Below, in pieces: positions 14,615 to 21,948 of a stretch of 32,352 bases of DNA. A model generated the notes under the pieces. The model was not told the origin of the DNA and ran no database searches. It saw nothing but the letters and a program-made list of their open reading frames with translations. The first letter of the stretch is position 1. Every line of letters begins with the position of its first letter. Position numbers and translations under genes: made by a program. The stretch comes from a virus, in IMG/VR virus record IMGVR_UViG_3300045591_000053, positions 1 to 32,352 of that record; one strand, written 5' to 3'.

Positions 14615-15505
14615 ATGACGCGCAAAGAAAATCTAATGACACTAGACCCAAAGAATGTAATCGTCTTCGATACTGAAACCACCGGAACAGACGTTGGCGG
14701 AAATGATGAAGTTCTTTCGCTCGCCGTAATGAACCTATCCGGAGATGTTCTTTTCTATGACACGTTCAAGCCATCGCACCGCAAACGTTGGTCTAAGGCT
14801 GAAAGTATCAACGGCATAAGCCCTGACATGGTGCAGGACAAGCAGACAATAGAAGAGCGTAAGGGTGAGATTGAACCACTATTCCGCTCTGCAAATCTAT
14901 ACGTTGCCTATAATGCAGATTTCGACCTAGGCTGCTTGCGTGCCGCAGGTCTTGATATTCCAAAGTGCCAAACATTCGACGTTATGAAGGAATTCGCGAA
15001 AATTCACGGTGAATGGAACCAGCAATTTGATGAATGGCAATGGTGCAAGCTTATAGATTGTGCCGCGTATTACGGTTATCGAGACTTTGGAGCGCACGAC
15101 GCATTGGCTGACGTGAAGGCAACAGCGCATTGCTATATGTCAATTCTCGATGATCCATTGTTTGAAGAACCACGTCGCCGCCCAAAGATGATTGAAGATG
15201 AATTCGGCGATACTTACCCAGATTATGACGATGAAGAATATAGAGACATCGTTTATAGCGGATATGCTGCCGATTCGGCTAAAAGTGCCAAGCCAAGCAA
15301 TACGCGTGAACATGTCAATCAAAAACCAGCAGCACATAAGGTAACGAATAAACAGCTTGGTAAGGCAAAGCCCGCGCTTGTGGGTGTAAGCGTCCTATGC
15401 GTTGTTGTGGGCTTGTTCATCGCTATTGCAGGTTCTCTTATCGTTGGTATTCTCGTCATCGTTATAGGTGTGCTATTAGCTCTCGTGGCAAAAGGACGTA
15501 AATAG
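14615..15505 (+). CDS. DEDDh (DnaQ-like) 3'-5' exonuclease domain fused to an acidic linker and a C-terminal transmembrane anchor
   Basis: Exo I VFDTETTG, Exo II AYNADFD, Exo III HDALADV. C-terminus ALVGVSVLCVVVGLFIAIAGSLIVGILVIVIGVLLALVAKGRK. Start chosen at ATG 14615 (GAAAGG SD). Confidence 0.75.
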   Translation: MTRKENLMTLDPKNVIVFDTETTGTDVGGNDEVLSLAVMNLSGDVLFYDTFKPSHRKRWSKAESINGISPDMVQDKQTIEERKGEIEPLFRSANLYVAYNADFDLGCLRAAGLDIPKCQTFDVMKEFAKIHGEWNQQFDEWQWCKLIDCAAYYGYRDFGAHDALADVKATAHCYMSILDDPLFEEPRRRPKMIEDEFGDTYPDYDDEEYRDIVYSGYAADSAKSAKPSNTREHVNQKPAAHKVTNKQLGKAKPALVGVSVLCVVVGLFIAIAGSLIVGILVIVIGVLLALVAKGRK

Positions 15506-15598
15506 AAAAATCCCCACGCGGGAACTTGGCAGAACGCACGTGGGGTTAATCAAAAAGCCGGGCGCTTTGCGGCGCTCGCTATTGGAAGTGATTTTAGC

Positions 15599-17146
15599 AT
15601 GAGTAAGAACCGCGCGGCTATATACGCCCGCTTCTCGTCGCACAACCAGCGCTCGGAATCAATCGAAATCCAAGTTGAAAACTCAACCGCCTATTGCAAG
15701 GAAAATGGGCTTGAGGTCGTGCGCACCTATGCGGATTATGCCAAGACCGGGCGCAACGCTGATCGTGCCGAATTTCAACGCATGATGGCAGATGCCCGAA
15801 CGGGCTTGTTTGATTATGTGGTCATCTACAAGATAACCCGAATCATGCGCAACCGCGATGAAATGGCGCTCGCACGTATCATGCTGCGAAAGGCGGGCGT
15901 TGAAATCCTCTATGCAGGTGAGGAAATCGCCGACGGTTCCAGCGGCGTCCTTCAACTCGGAATGTTGGAAGTGCTCGCCGAATACGAAAGCGCCATTGAT
16001 AGCGAACGCATCAGGGACGGCATAAAGAAGAACGCTGAAAGGTGCATGGCGAACGGGCGCACGCTCTACGGGTGGGACATTGTAGACGGCTATTACCAAG
16101 TCAACGAACGTGAAGCCTATTGGCTGCGCAAGATGAAGAACATGTTGCTTAGCGGGTCAACCATGGCTGAAGTCGTGCGCGGCGTCTCTGCCATGCGCAC
16201 GCGCAACGGCAAGCAGCTGAATCAGGACACGGCTACAAAGCTTCTCCGTAGGGTTCAGAACGGCGGCACATACTCTTATGCGGGCGTTGTCGTTGATGGC
16301 GGAATGCCGGCGTTCTGGTCAAAGACCGAACAAGACATGATCATATCCATTCTGAAGCGCCGCCATAAGCCGCATAGGCGTATAGACAGTTCGCAAGAAT
16401 GGCCGCTGACCGGCAAGCTTTGGTGCGCTTGCTGCGATGCCACGTTGTCGGGAACCAGCGGAACAAGCGCCACGGGCAAGACATACGCCTATTACAAGTG
16501 CAACAAGTGCGGGCGTACCTTCAGGCGCGACATTTTGGAAGATGCCATTGTCGATGTGGTCTGCCAAGCGGTGAAGCAGCCCGAAATTAGAGAAAACATC
16601 GCCTACGGAATGGCGCAATATGAAGCGTCGCAAGAAGACGATACGCCGCTTGAAAGCGAAAGGATAAAAGGGGAAATTCGGCGCATAGACAACGCCTTTG
16701 AAAGAATCTGGCAAGCCATAGAAGACGGCATAGCGCCGCCGGGTGGCAAAGAAAGGGTTGAGGAATTGCGCGAACGCAAGACTGACCTTGAAACCCAGTA
16801 CCAGATAGCGAAAGCCAACGAATCGGCTAAACCTAGCTACGATGATCTAATGCGTTGGCTTGACGAAATGGCGGAACATCTGACGCCACAAGAAATTTTG
16901 AAGATGTTCATTCGCGCCGCCGAAATCGACGGTGACGTTATAAGGCTGTTTTTTGCCTTCGATTACTACGGCGATGATTTCACACCGCCAAAGCATAGAC
17001 ACGAACTAGCCCAGAAACGGGCTAGTTCGTGTATTTCTCCTATGGTGGAGCCTAAGCGAAATAGCGCGAACGCTTACACGATAACGCTAAAGTGCGGCTA
17101 TTTGCAGGTGAACCGTAACTGGTTCGTGATTGTGCGCGATATATAA
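15599..17146 (+). CDS. Large serine recombinase (serine integrase)
   Basis: N-terminal resolvase domain AAIYARFSSHNQRSESIEIQ. Recombinase domain. Zinc ribbon CACCDATLSG...YYKCNKCGRTF. Coiled-coil region. 515 aa. Confidence 0.9.
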   Translation: MSKNRAAIYARFSSHNQRSESIEIQVENSTAYCKENGLEVVRTYADYAKTGRNADRAEFQRMMADARTGLFDYVVIYKITRIMRNRDEMALARIMLRKAGVEILYAGEEIADGSSGVLQLGMLEVLAEYESAIDSERIRDGIKKNAERCMANGRTLYGWDIVDGYYQVNEREAYWLRKMKNMLLSGSTMAEVVRGVSAMRTRNGKQLNQDTATKLLRRVQNGGTYSYAGVVVDGGMPAFWSKTEQDMIISILKRRHKPHRRIDSSQEWPLTGKLWCACCDATLSGTSGTSATGKTYAYYKCNKCGRTFRRDILEDAIVDVVCQAVKQPEIRENIAYGMAQYEASQEDDTPLESERIKGEIRRIDNAFERIWQAIEDGIAPPGGKERVEELRERKTDLETQYQIAKANESAKPSYDDLMRWLDEMAEHLTPQEILKMFIRAAEIDGDVIRLFFAFDYYGDDFTPPKHRHELAQKRASSCISPMVEPKRNSANAYTITLKCGYLQVNRNWFVIVRDI

Positions 17147-17192
17147 AAGCCCAGTTCGGCGGCTTGCTGTAAGCCCTTCTAACGCACGAAAG

Positions 17193-17219
17193 CGGGGCAC
17201 CCCTTATCAGGGTGCCCCG
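17193..17219. terminator. Bidirectional hairpin terminator between the convergent integrase and endolysin genes
   Basis: 10-bp stem CGGGGCACCC/GGGTGCCCCG with a 7-nt loop, followed by TATTT on the plus strand. Confidence 0.65.
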
Positions 17220-17227
17220 TATTTGCG

Positions 17228-18274
17228 CTAGATTTTGAGAACCTGACCCGGATAGATAAGATTCGGGTTCGCAATGCCGTTCTTTGCGGCAAGCTTCTGA
17301 TAGGTCGTTCCGAACTTTGACGCGATGCCGGAAAGCGTGTCGCCGGATTTGACGGTATAGGTCTTGCCGCTCTTGACGTGACCGTTGATAACCGCCATAA
17401 CGCCTTTCCAGCGGAACGAAAGAATAGCCTTGCGCTCTTCTCCGTTGCGGTACTTGCCCGCCCACGTCTCCTTTGCAAGCTCTTCATCCGACGCGCTGCA
17501 AATGTGGTTGACCATGGTTTGAACTTCGTTGTAGCGGTTGCCCAACTTCTGCCTGCGCGTCTCACCCTTGCCGTAATCGTCTCGGAAGACGCCCGCCACA
17601 AGGTCTAGAACGTCCATGTTCTCGATGCCCGTTGCGGGCGCTGAAGGCTTCGGCGCGGGCTGCACGTTTCCGTTGACGGCTGCAAGGCGCTGCCATGCCG
17701 CCGCGTCGATATAGGACTTGTTCAAGTCAAGGTTGGCGCTCCAACCGCTGATGCGCCCACGGCTCGAATATTGGCGAACATCGCACTTGTAAGCGCCCTC
17801 GTTCCAAGGGCTATCCTGCAAGCCGGTTCGGTTCATGTTTGCGTATTGCGCAACCCACTTCGAGCAGCCGCGATTGTCGGCAATCCCCCATGGGAAGAAA
17901 GCCTTGCTTGAATAGATCATGGGCGCAACGCCGGTAAGCTCTTTGACCTTTGCCGCGAGGGCATCAAGGTATGACGTGTTGCCCCACGCGCTGTTCTGGT
18001 ATTCCTCCCAGTCAAGGGCAATAACCGCCCTGCCAATGTATGCCTTGATGTGAGACACGAAATGATTTGCTTCCGCATCGACGCCACCGCCGCCGATATA
18101 GTGGTAGACGCCCAAGCAAAGCCCGCGCGTAACCGCCTGTTCGGCTTGTCGGTAGAAGTCGGGCGAAATATAGCCCGTGTTCTGCGTCGCCTTGCAGATA
18201 ACAAATGTGATTGGCAAGACGTTGAGATTGATTCCGTTCTGATGGTTGCTAATGTCAATTCCCTGCATCGTCAT
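17228..18274 (-). CDS. Endolysin: GH25 muramidase + two Cpl-7-like (CW_7) repeats + C-terminal LysM
   Basis: [10 protein letters not shown]...ICKATQ...GVYHY...DWE (GH25). [25 protein letters not shown] and [14 protein letters not shown] (Cpl-7-like). [43 protein letters not shown] (LysM). Start chosen at MTMQGID. Confidence 0.9.
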   Translation of the reverse strand: MTMQGIDISNHQNGINLNVLPITFVICKATQNTGYISPDFYRQAEQAVTRGLCLGVYHYIGGGGVDAEANHFVSHIKAYIGRAVIALDWEEYQNSAWGNTSYLDALAAKVKELTGVAPMIYSSKAFFPWGIADNRGCSKWVAQYANMNRTGLQDSPWNEGAYKCDVRQYSSRGRISGWSANLDLNKSYIDAAAWQRLAAVNGNVQPAPKPSAPATGIENMDVLDLVAGVFRDDYGKGETRRQKLGNRYNEVQTMVNHICSASDEELAKETWAGKYRNGEERKAILSFRWKGVMAVINGHVKSGKTYTVKSGDTLSGIASKFGTTYQKLAAKNGIANPNLIYPGQVLKI

Positions 18275-18968
18275 TGTTGCCCCTTTCCATGCAGACGAAA
18301 TAGACAAGGTTTGCTTGTGCCAACTCGTCGCGCGAGAAGGCACGCGCCGAATTGGCACCGCTTGCCGGGTCGCGCACCCAATAGCCGGCGTCATCGTGCC
18401 GCCATATCATGACGACGTGCCCCTTATATGCGGCGTCGCCAAGGGTTCCGTTGTGGATGCCCGCGAACGCGATAGCGCCCGCGTCCACGCGTCCCAGCGC
18501 GTCATCAAGGCGGTAAAGCTTGCCGGTGCTAGTGATGCCTGAATCGGGGTACGTCTCCACGATCCATTGCCCGAACTTCTCAGGGTCGTTCACGCCGTCC
18601 GTAAGGCACGAATCGCCCACGGCGGCGGCAAGGTCGGGCGGCGTTACCTCGTACCCAGTAAGGTAGGTAACCGCCATGGCGGCGCATGTAAGCCCGCAAC
18701 CGCTGTCGCCGATTGTCCCGCCGGCGTATGGCACATTCGCCCATTGCGGTTCTGCCTGAAGGTACAGCGGCATGAAAGTGCCCGCCGGTTTCGGTGCGGC
18801 GGGCACGTCATCAACTCTTTCAAGCTGCGTTATCTGTTCGTGCGTTTCGGGCGGCGGCGTGTTGGCTGCGTTGATCATGAGCGCAAGCCCGATTGAACCA
18901 GCCGCCAAGACGCCGCAAAGGAACGCGGCAACCAGTGGCAAGGGCATGTGGCGGCTAAGCGGTCGCAT
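18255..18968 (-). CDS. Membrane-anchored papain-like cysteine peptidase (Peptidase_C39-like domain). Probable second lysin.
   Basis: N-terminal signal-anchor [23 protein letters not shown]. Catalytic-Cys motif [16 protein letters not shown], and a later GHVVMIW...D. Sits between holin and endolysin. Confidence 0.6.
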   Translation of the reverse strand: MRPLSRHMPLPLVAAFLCGVLAAGSIGLALMINAANTPPPETHEQITQLERVDDVPAAPKPAGTFMPLYLQAEPQWANVPYAGGTIGDSGCGLTCAAMAVTYLTGYEVTPPDLAAAVGDSCLTDGVNDPEKFGQWIVETYPDSGITSTGKLYRLDDALGRVDAGAIAFAGIHNGTLGDAAYKGHVVMIWRHDDAGYWVRDPASGANSARAFSRDELAQANLVYFVCMERGNNDDAGN

Positions 18969-19224
18969 CGTCGCGCTTCGGCTCGGTGTAGGTCAAAGCC
19001 TGCTTGCTGTCGCTGATTCCGGCGGTAGTCGGGTCGGTGACGATGCCAAGGATGGAAAGCACAGCGAACAGCGCGTTGACAATGGCTGTAAGCTGCTCGC
19101 CAAGTACGCCGAAATCCCAGTTATAGCCGAACGGTGCGGCTATGACCTGAATCAGCAGCAGAACCGCCGGGATAAGGGTTAGCCAAAACGTCTTGTTCTT
19201 GGCTCGTGCGGTGAAGTTAATCAT
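18955..19224 (-). CDS. Holin (phi-LC3 / Phage_holin_1-like)
   Basis: MINFTARAKNKTFWLTLIPAVLLLIQVIAAPFG...LTAIVNALFAVLSILGIVTDPTTAGISDSKQAL. Start chosen at 19224; the track ORF extends to 19464 in the same frame. Confidence 0.8.
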   Translation of the reverse strand: MINFTARAKNKTFWLTLIPAVLLLIQVIAAPFGYNWDFGVLGEQLTAIVNALFAVLSILGIVTDPTTAGISDSKQALTYTEPKRDDATA

Positions 19225-19573
19225 TCTGGTACTCCTTTTCATTAGCTGCGTGCGCGTCAATGAGTTCTTGCCAAAGGTGGGTTCCAACGTCGTTTCCGCC
19301 AAGCCCTGCATAGACTTCATGCACGCTGTTTGCCTGTTCCTTAATATCAAGCGGCACCGGTTTGCCGCCCTGCATGTACTCTTCGTGTAGCTTGAAAAGC
19401 TCTGCACGCATGAGCACTTGCATACCTTTGAGCAAAAGCGCGGGCTCTTCCTTGTATCGGTCATCGAACACGCGTGCCTTCTCGCGCTGTGCGCGAATGG
19501 TCGCGCTTAGTGCCCCTACAACGGCGGTCATAACGATGCTGAATACCGATAGGAATATGTCTGCGATTGTCAC
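19217..19573 (-). CDS. Lysis-cassette membrane protein (one N-terminal TM helix; function unknown)
   Basis: MTIADIFLSVFSIVMTAVVGALSA followed by a soluble helical domain. Overlaps the holin start. Confidence 0.5.
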   Translation of the reverse strand: MTIADIFLSVFSIVMTAVVGALSATIRAQREKARVFDDRYKEEPALLLKGMQVLMRAELFKLHEEYMQGGKPVPLDIKEQANSVHEVYAGLGGNDVGTHLWQELIDAHAANEKEYQND

Positions 19574-19575
19574 GG

Positions 19576-20022
19576 TTAGCCTTCTGTCACTTCACGCCAA
19601 ACGCTTCCGGTGCCGGTTGCGCCCGGTTCCCAAACGTTGTTAGCAACGATTGACTCCCAAACCTTCCCGTTGTGCTTGACGCGTGCACCCTGCGAGTAAG
19701 GGTTCGTTGAATCTGGCTGAACCCATTCGGGAATCTCGCCCGTCGGCGTGTCGGCGGTTCCGGCGGAAAGCGTCTTAGCCCAAAGGCTCACAGCCGCCGA
19801 TGGTGACCAATCAGCTTGTGAAGTGTGCGCCTGAAGGCACGTGTAAAGCGTCCCTTCGTATGAAACGCGCTCGCCCTCTGCGTAGGCGTGTGCGTCGCCC
19901 GTCCATGCCGGATAGATGGCGGGCGCGATTTCTGCCAAGTCATCTGAAAACGCGGATGCCTGCATCTTGTAGATCGCGAGAATGCCGCGCAACGCCGCTT
20001 CTTCCTCTTCTGTGAATGCCAT
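19576..20022 (-). CDS. Carbohydrate-binding protein with two CBM5/12-like repeats
   Basis: WTGDAHAYAEGERVSYEGTLYTCLQAHTSQADWSPSAAVSLW, and YSQGARVKHNGKVWESIVANNVWEPG...W. Confidence 0.6.
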   Translation of the reverse strand: MAFTEEEEAALRGILAIYKMQASAFSDDLAEIAPAIYPAWTGDAHAYAEGERVSYEGTLYTCLQAHTSQADWSPSAAVSLWAKTLSAGTADTPTGEIPEWVQPDSTNPYSQGARVKHNGKVWESIVANNVWEPGATGTGSVWREVTEG

Positions 20023-20042
20023 GTTTGCCCCTCACAATAAGA

Positions 20043-20062
20043 AAGCCCGCATGTGCGGGCTT
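20043..20062 (-). terminator. Hairpin at the 3' end of the DGR reverse transcriptase gene
   Basis: 8-bp stem AAGCCCGC/GCGGGCTT with a 4-nt loop. On the minus strand it is followed by TCTTATTGTG. Confidence 0.5.
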
Positions 20063-20090
20063 GTGGCTTCTAATTGATGTGTGTTTGCGG

Positions 20091-21116
20091 TCAGCCGAAA
20101 AGCTGCGAAAACAACGCGTCCATGCTCTTAACCGTCCTGTGCGCGTCTAGCTTCTTCAGCTTGCGCCGCTCGCGCGTCACGGCGGCGCGACAAGGGCGCA
20201 CAATGACTTTGCCAGTTTCGCCATACTCAAACCTCTTCTTCAGATAGGTAAAGCCGTGCGATAGCTTCACTATGTGCGTCTTCTTCTCGTTGACGATGAT
20301 TCCCAGCTTTTCGCACTCTCGCCGAATATCCGCCATGACGGCGTGAAGGTCTGACTTGTGAAGCGCGATGCAATAAAGGTCATCCATGTAACGCCCGCTC
20401 GCGAGAACGCAAGGCGTGCGCAACAACATGTGGTCGATAGGGCTTGGCAACGCGACTGCTAATACTTGGTTCGGTTCGCTGCCAAGCCCAAGACCACGTG
20501 AGCCGTGGGAATCAATCTGATCATAGACAAGCGCCTTCACGCGCGAATCGTCAAGGCACCTATCGACAAGGCGCTTTGCCGCGTCGTGGTCGATGTTTCC
20601 AAAGTAGTTAGAGAAGTCAACAAGCAGTATGTAGCCTTCCCGCCCGTGCTTCTGGTAGTGCCTTGCAAGCTGCCGTTTGAGACGCTTTAGCGCGTATTCG
20701 GTGCCGCGTCCCTTGATGTTCGCCGAACAACCGGCGGTGACCGTCGGAATTATCGCCGGGACAAGCGCGTAACGGTTCATCGCCTTGTGTATGACGCGCT
20801 CGGAAAAGCGAACCGACGTGATGTGCCGCATCTTCCCACGCTCGCAAATGTCGAACTCAAAGAATCCGCGCCGAATGTCCTTGCCTGAAAGCAGGTCATC
20901 ACGCGCCCTGCGAACGTTCGTTAGGCACCGCGCCATGTATCGTTGAACGGATGCCTTCCAGCCAACGCCGCCGCTGCAAGCGTGGGCGCACTTGTAAAGG
21001 TGGTCAACGTCCGTAATCTGTTCAAGCGTGCATTGTTCTATGCGCTTTGCCTTGTTCGCGGCTCTCTTTGCATCGCGGCGGGCACGTCTCGCCGCCCGCC
21101 GCTCTTCTGATTTCAT
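20091..21116 (-). CDS. DGR reverse transcriptase
   Basis: RT motifs ILLVDFSNYFGNIDH and RYMDDLYCIA (YxDD). LGSEPNQ occupies the position of the DGR-typical (I/L)GxxxSQ motif. Start chosen at MKSEERRAARR (21116); the track ORF extends to 21203. Confidence 0.9.
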   Translation of the reverse strand: MKSEERRAARRARRDAKRAANKAKRIEQCTLEQITDVDHLYKCAHACSGGVGWKASVQRYMARCLTNVRRARDDLLSGKDIRRGFFEFDICERGKMRHITSVRFSERVIHKAMNRYALVPAIIPTVTAGCSANIKGRGTEYALKRLKRQLARHYQKHGREGYILLVDFSNYFGNIDHDAAKRLVDRCLDDSRVKALVYDQIDSHGSRGLGLGSEPNQVLAVALPSPIDHMLLRTPCVLASGRYMDDLYCIALHKSDLHAVMADIRRECEKLGIIVNEKKTHIVKLSHGFTYLKKRFEYGETGKVIVRPCRAAVTRERRKLKKLDAHRTVKSMDALFSQLFG

Positions 21117-21320
21117 AGGCACCCCGCACGGCTTCCAATCGGCATTCCATAGCCGCTTAGGCACCAGCAATGAAACGCAAGCGAACGCCGAAACCTGCGC
21201 CATGCAAGCAGCGGTCTGCGGTGCCCACGGGGTGCGTATTTACGGCGCAAGCGCCGAACGTTGCATCTTCCTTCCTTGTGCGCACGGATTGCGGACGTAT
21301 CCGCAATGACTGGCATTGCA

Positions 21321-21449
21321 AAGGAATCACGGGCGCGGGCGTATCCACTCATTCGTCGGCACGTTGTTGTTGGCATTGCCGTTGTTGTTGACATAGCACG
21401 CGTTAGACGCGGAACCACCAGCCACCGAACGGAGCCACCAATTGGCACG
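21321..21449 (-). repeat. DGR template repeat (TR), 129 bp
   Basis: Aligns without gaps to 21958..22086. In the VR frame it encodes RANWWLRSVAGGSASNACYVNNNGNANNNVPTNEWIRPRP*FL, with 11 AAC/AAT Asn codons. Confidence 0.95.
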
Positions 21450-21476
21450 CGATACAAGATGCAACGCCTTTCCATT

Positions 21477-21884
21477 CTACCGCGCGCCAAGCAGCTTCAC
21501 ACCCTTTCGAGCGCCCCTAATCAGCTTGATTTCGTTCTCTAGGTCATCCGCCAAGCGCTCGCACCTGCTCACCTTCACAACTCCAAGGTCTGCAAGACAT
21601 TGAAGGTCTTGCAAAAGCAGCTCGCAAGCGGCAACGGCAAGCGTCAGATAGTGCCTTCGATACGTGATGTTGTGCTCGGTGTTCGGATAGAACGCGTCAG
21701 CGGTCACAATGTCGCCCACTATCTCACGCGCCGCCTGCGCCATGGGAACAGCGAGAATGAACCGGTATGACTTAGGCATTGCGGCGGACGTCACAAGCGC
21801 CGTTATCTCGGTGCGGATTCGTAGCGCGGTGTTGAAATACTCATATCCGCTGATGTTCCGGTAGCGTGCCAATACGGTACTCAA
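21477..21884 (-). CDS. avd: DGR accessory variability determinant (Avd-like four-helix-bundle protein)
   Basis: 135 aa, helical. Lies between the target gene and the TR and ends 27 nt before the TR, as in the Bordetella phage BPP-1 DGR. Confidence 0.75.
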   Translation of the reverse strand: MSTVLARYRNISGYEYFNTALRIRTEITALVTSAAMPKSYRFILAVPMAQAAREIVGDIVTADAFYPNTEHNITYRRHYLTLAVAACELLLQDLQCLADLGVVKVSRCERLADDLENEIKLIRGARKGVKLLGAR

Positions 21885-21906
21885 TGCAAGCCTTCCTTGT
21901 TAATGC

Positions 21907-21924
21907 GCCCGCCTTTCGGCGGGC
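21907..21924 (-). promoter_or_regulatory. GC-rich hairpin with a GAAA tetraloop about 33 nt downstream of the VR. Candidate DGR target-recognition cruciform.
   Basis: The minus strand reads GCCCGCC-GAAA-GGCGGGC, a 7-bp stem. No U-tract follows. Confidence 0.5.
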
Positions 21925-21948
21925 ACCGCCAAGCGATTAGCACGGCTC

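Noticed and set aside
15513-15549. Inverted repeat CCCCACG-N20-CGTGGGG between the exonuclease and serine integrase genes, considered as a terminator or as attP.
   Set aside because: A 7-bp stem with a 20-nt loop and no T-tract makes a weak terminator. As an attP candidate it cannot be tested without an integrated copy or attB. It is mentioned only within the dual-integrase finding.
21113-21490. 125-aa minus-strand ORF (plus 21157..21348, 21170..21391 and 21261..21542) covering the TR and spacer.
   Set aside because: The interval is the DGR template repeat and its downstream spacer RNA. The ORFs are in frames unrelated to the VR, Arg/Thr-rich, and overlap the RT start region. Most likely non-coding.
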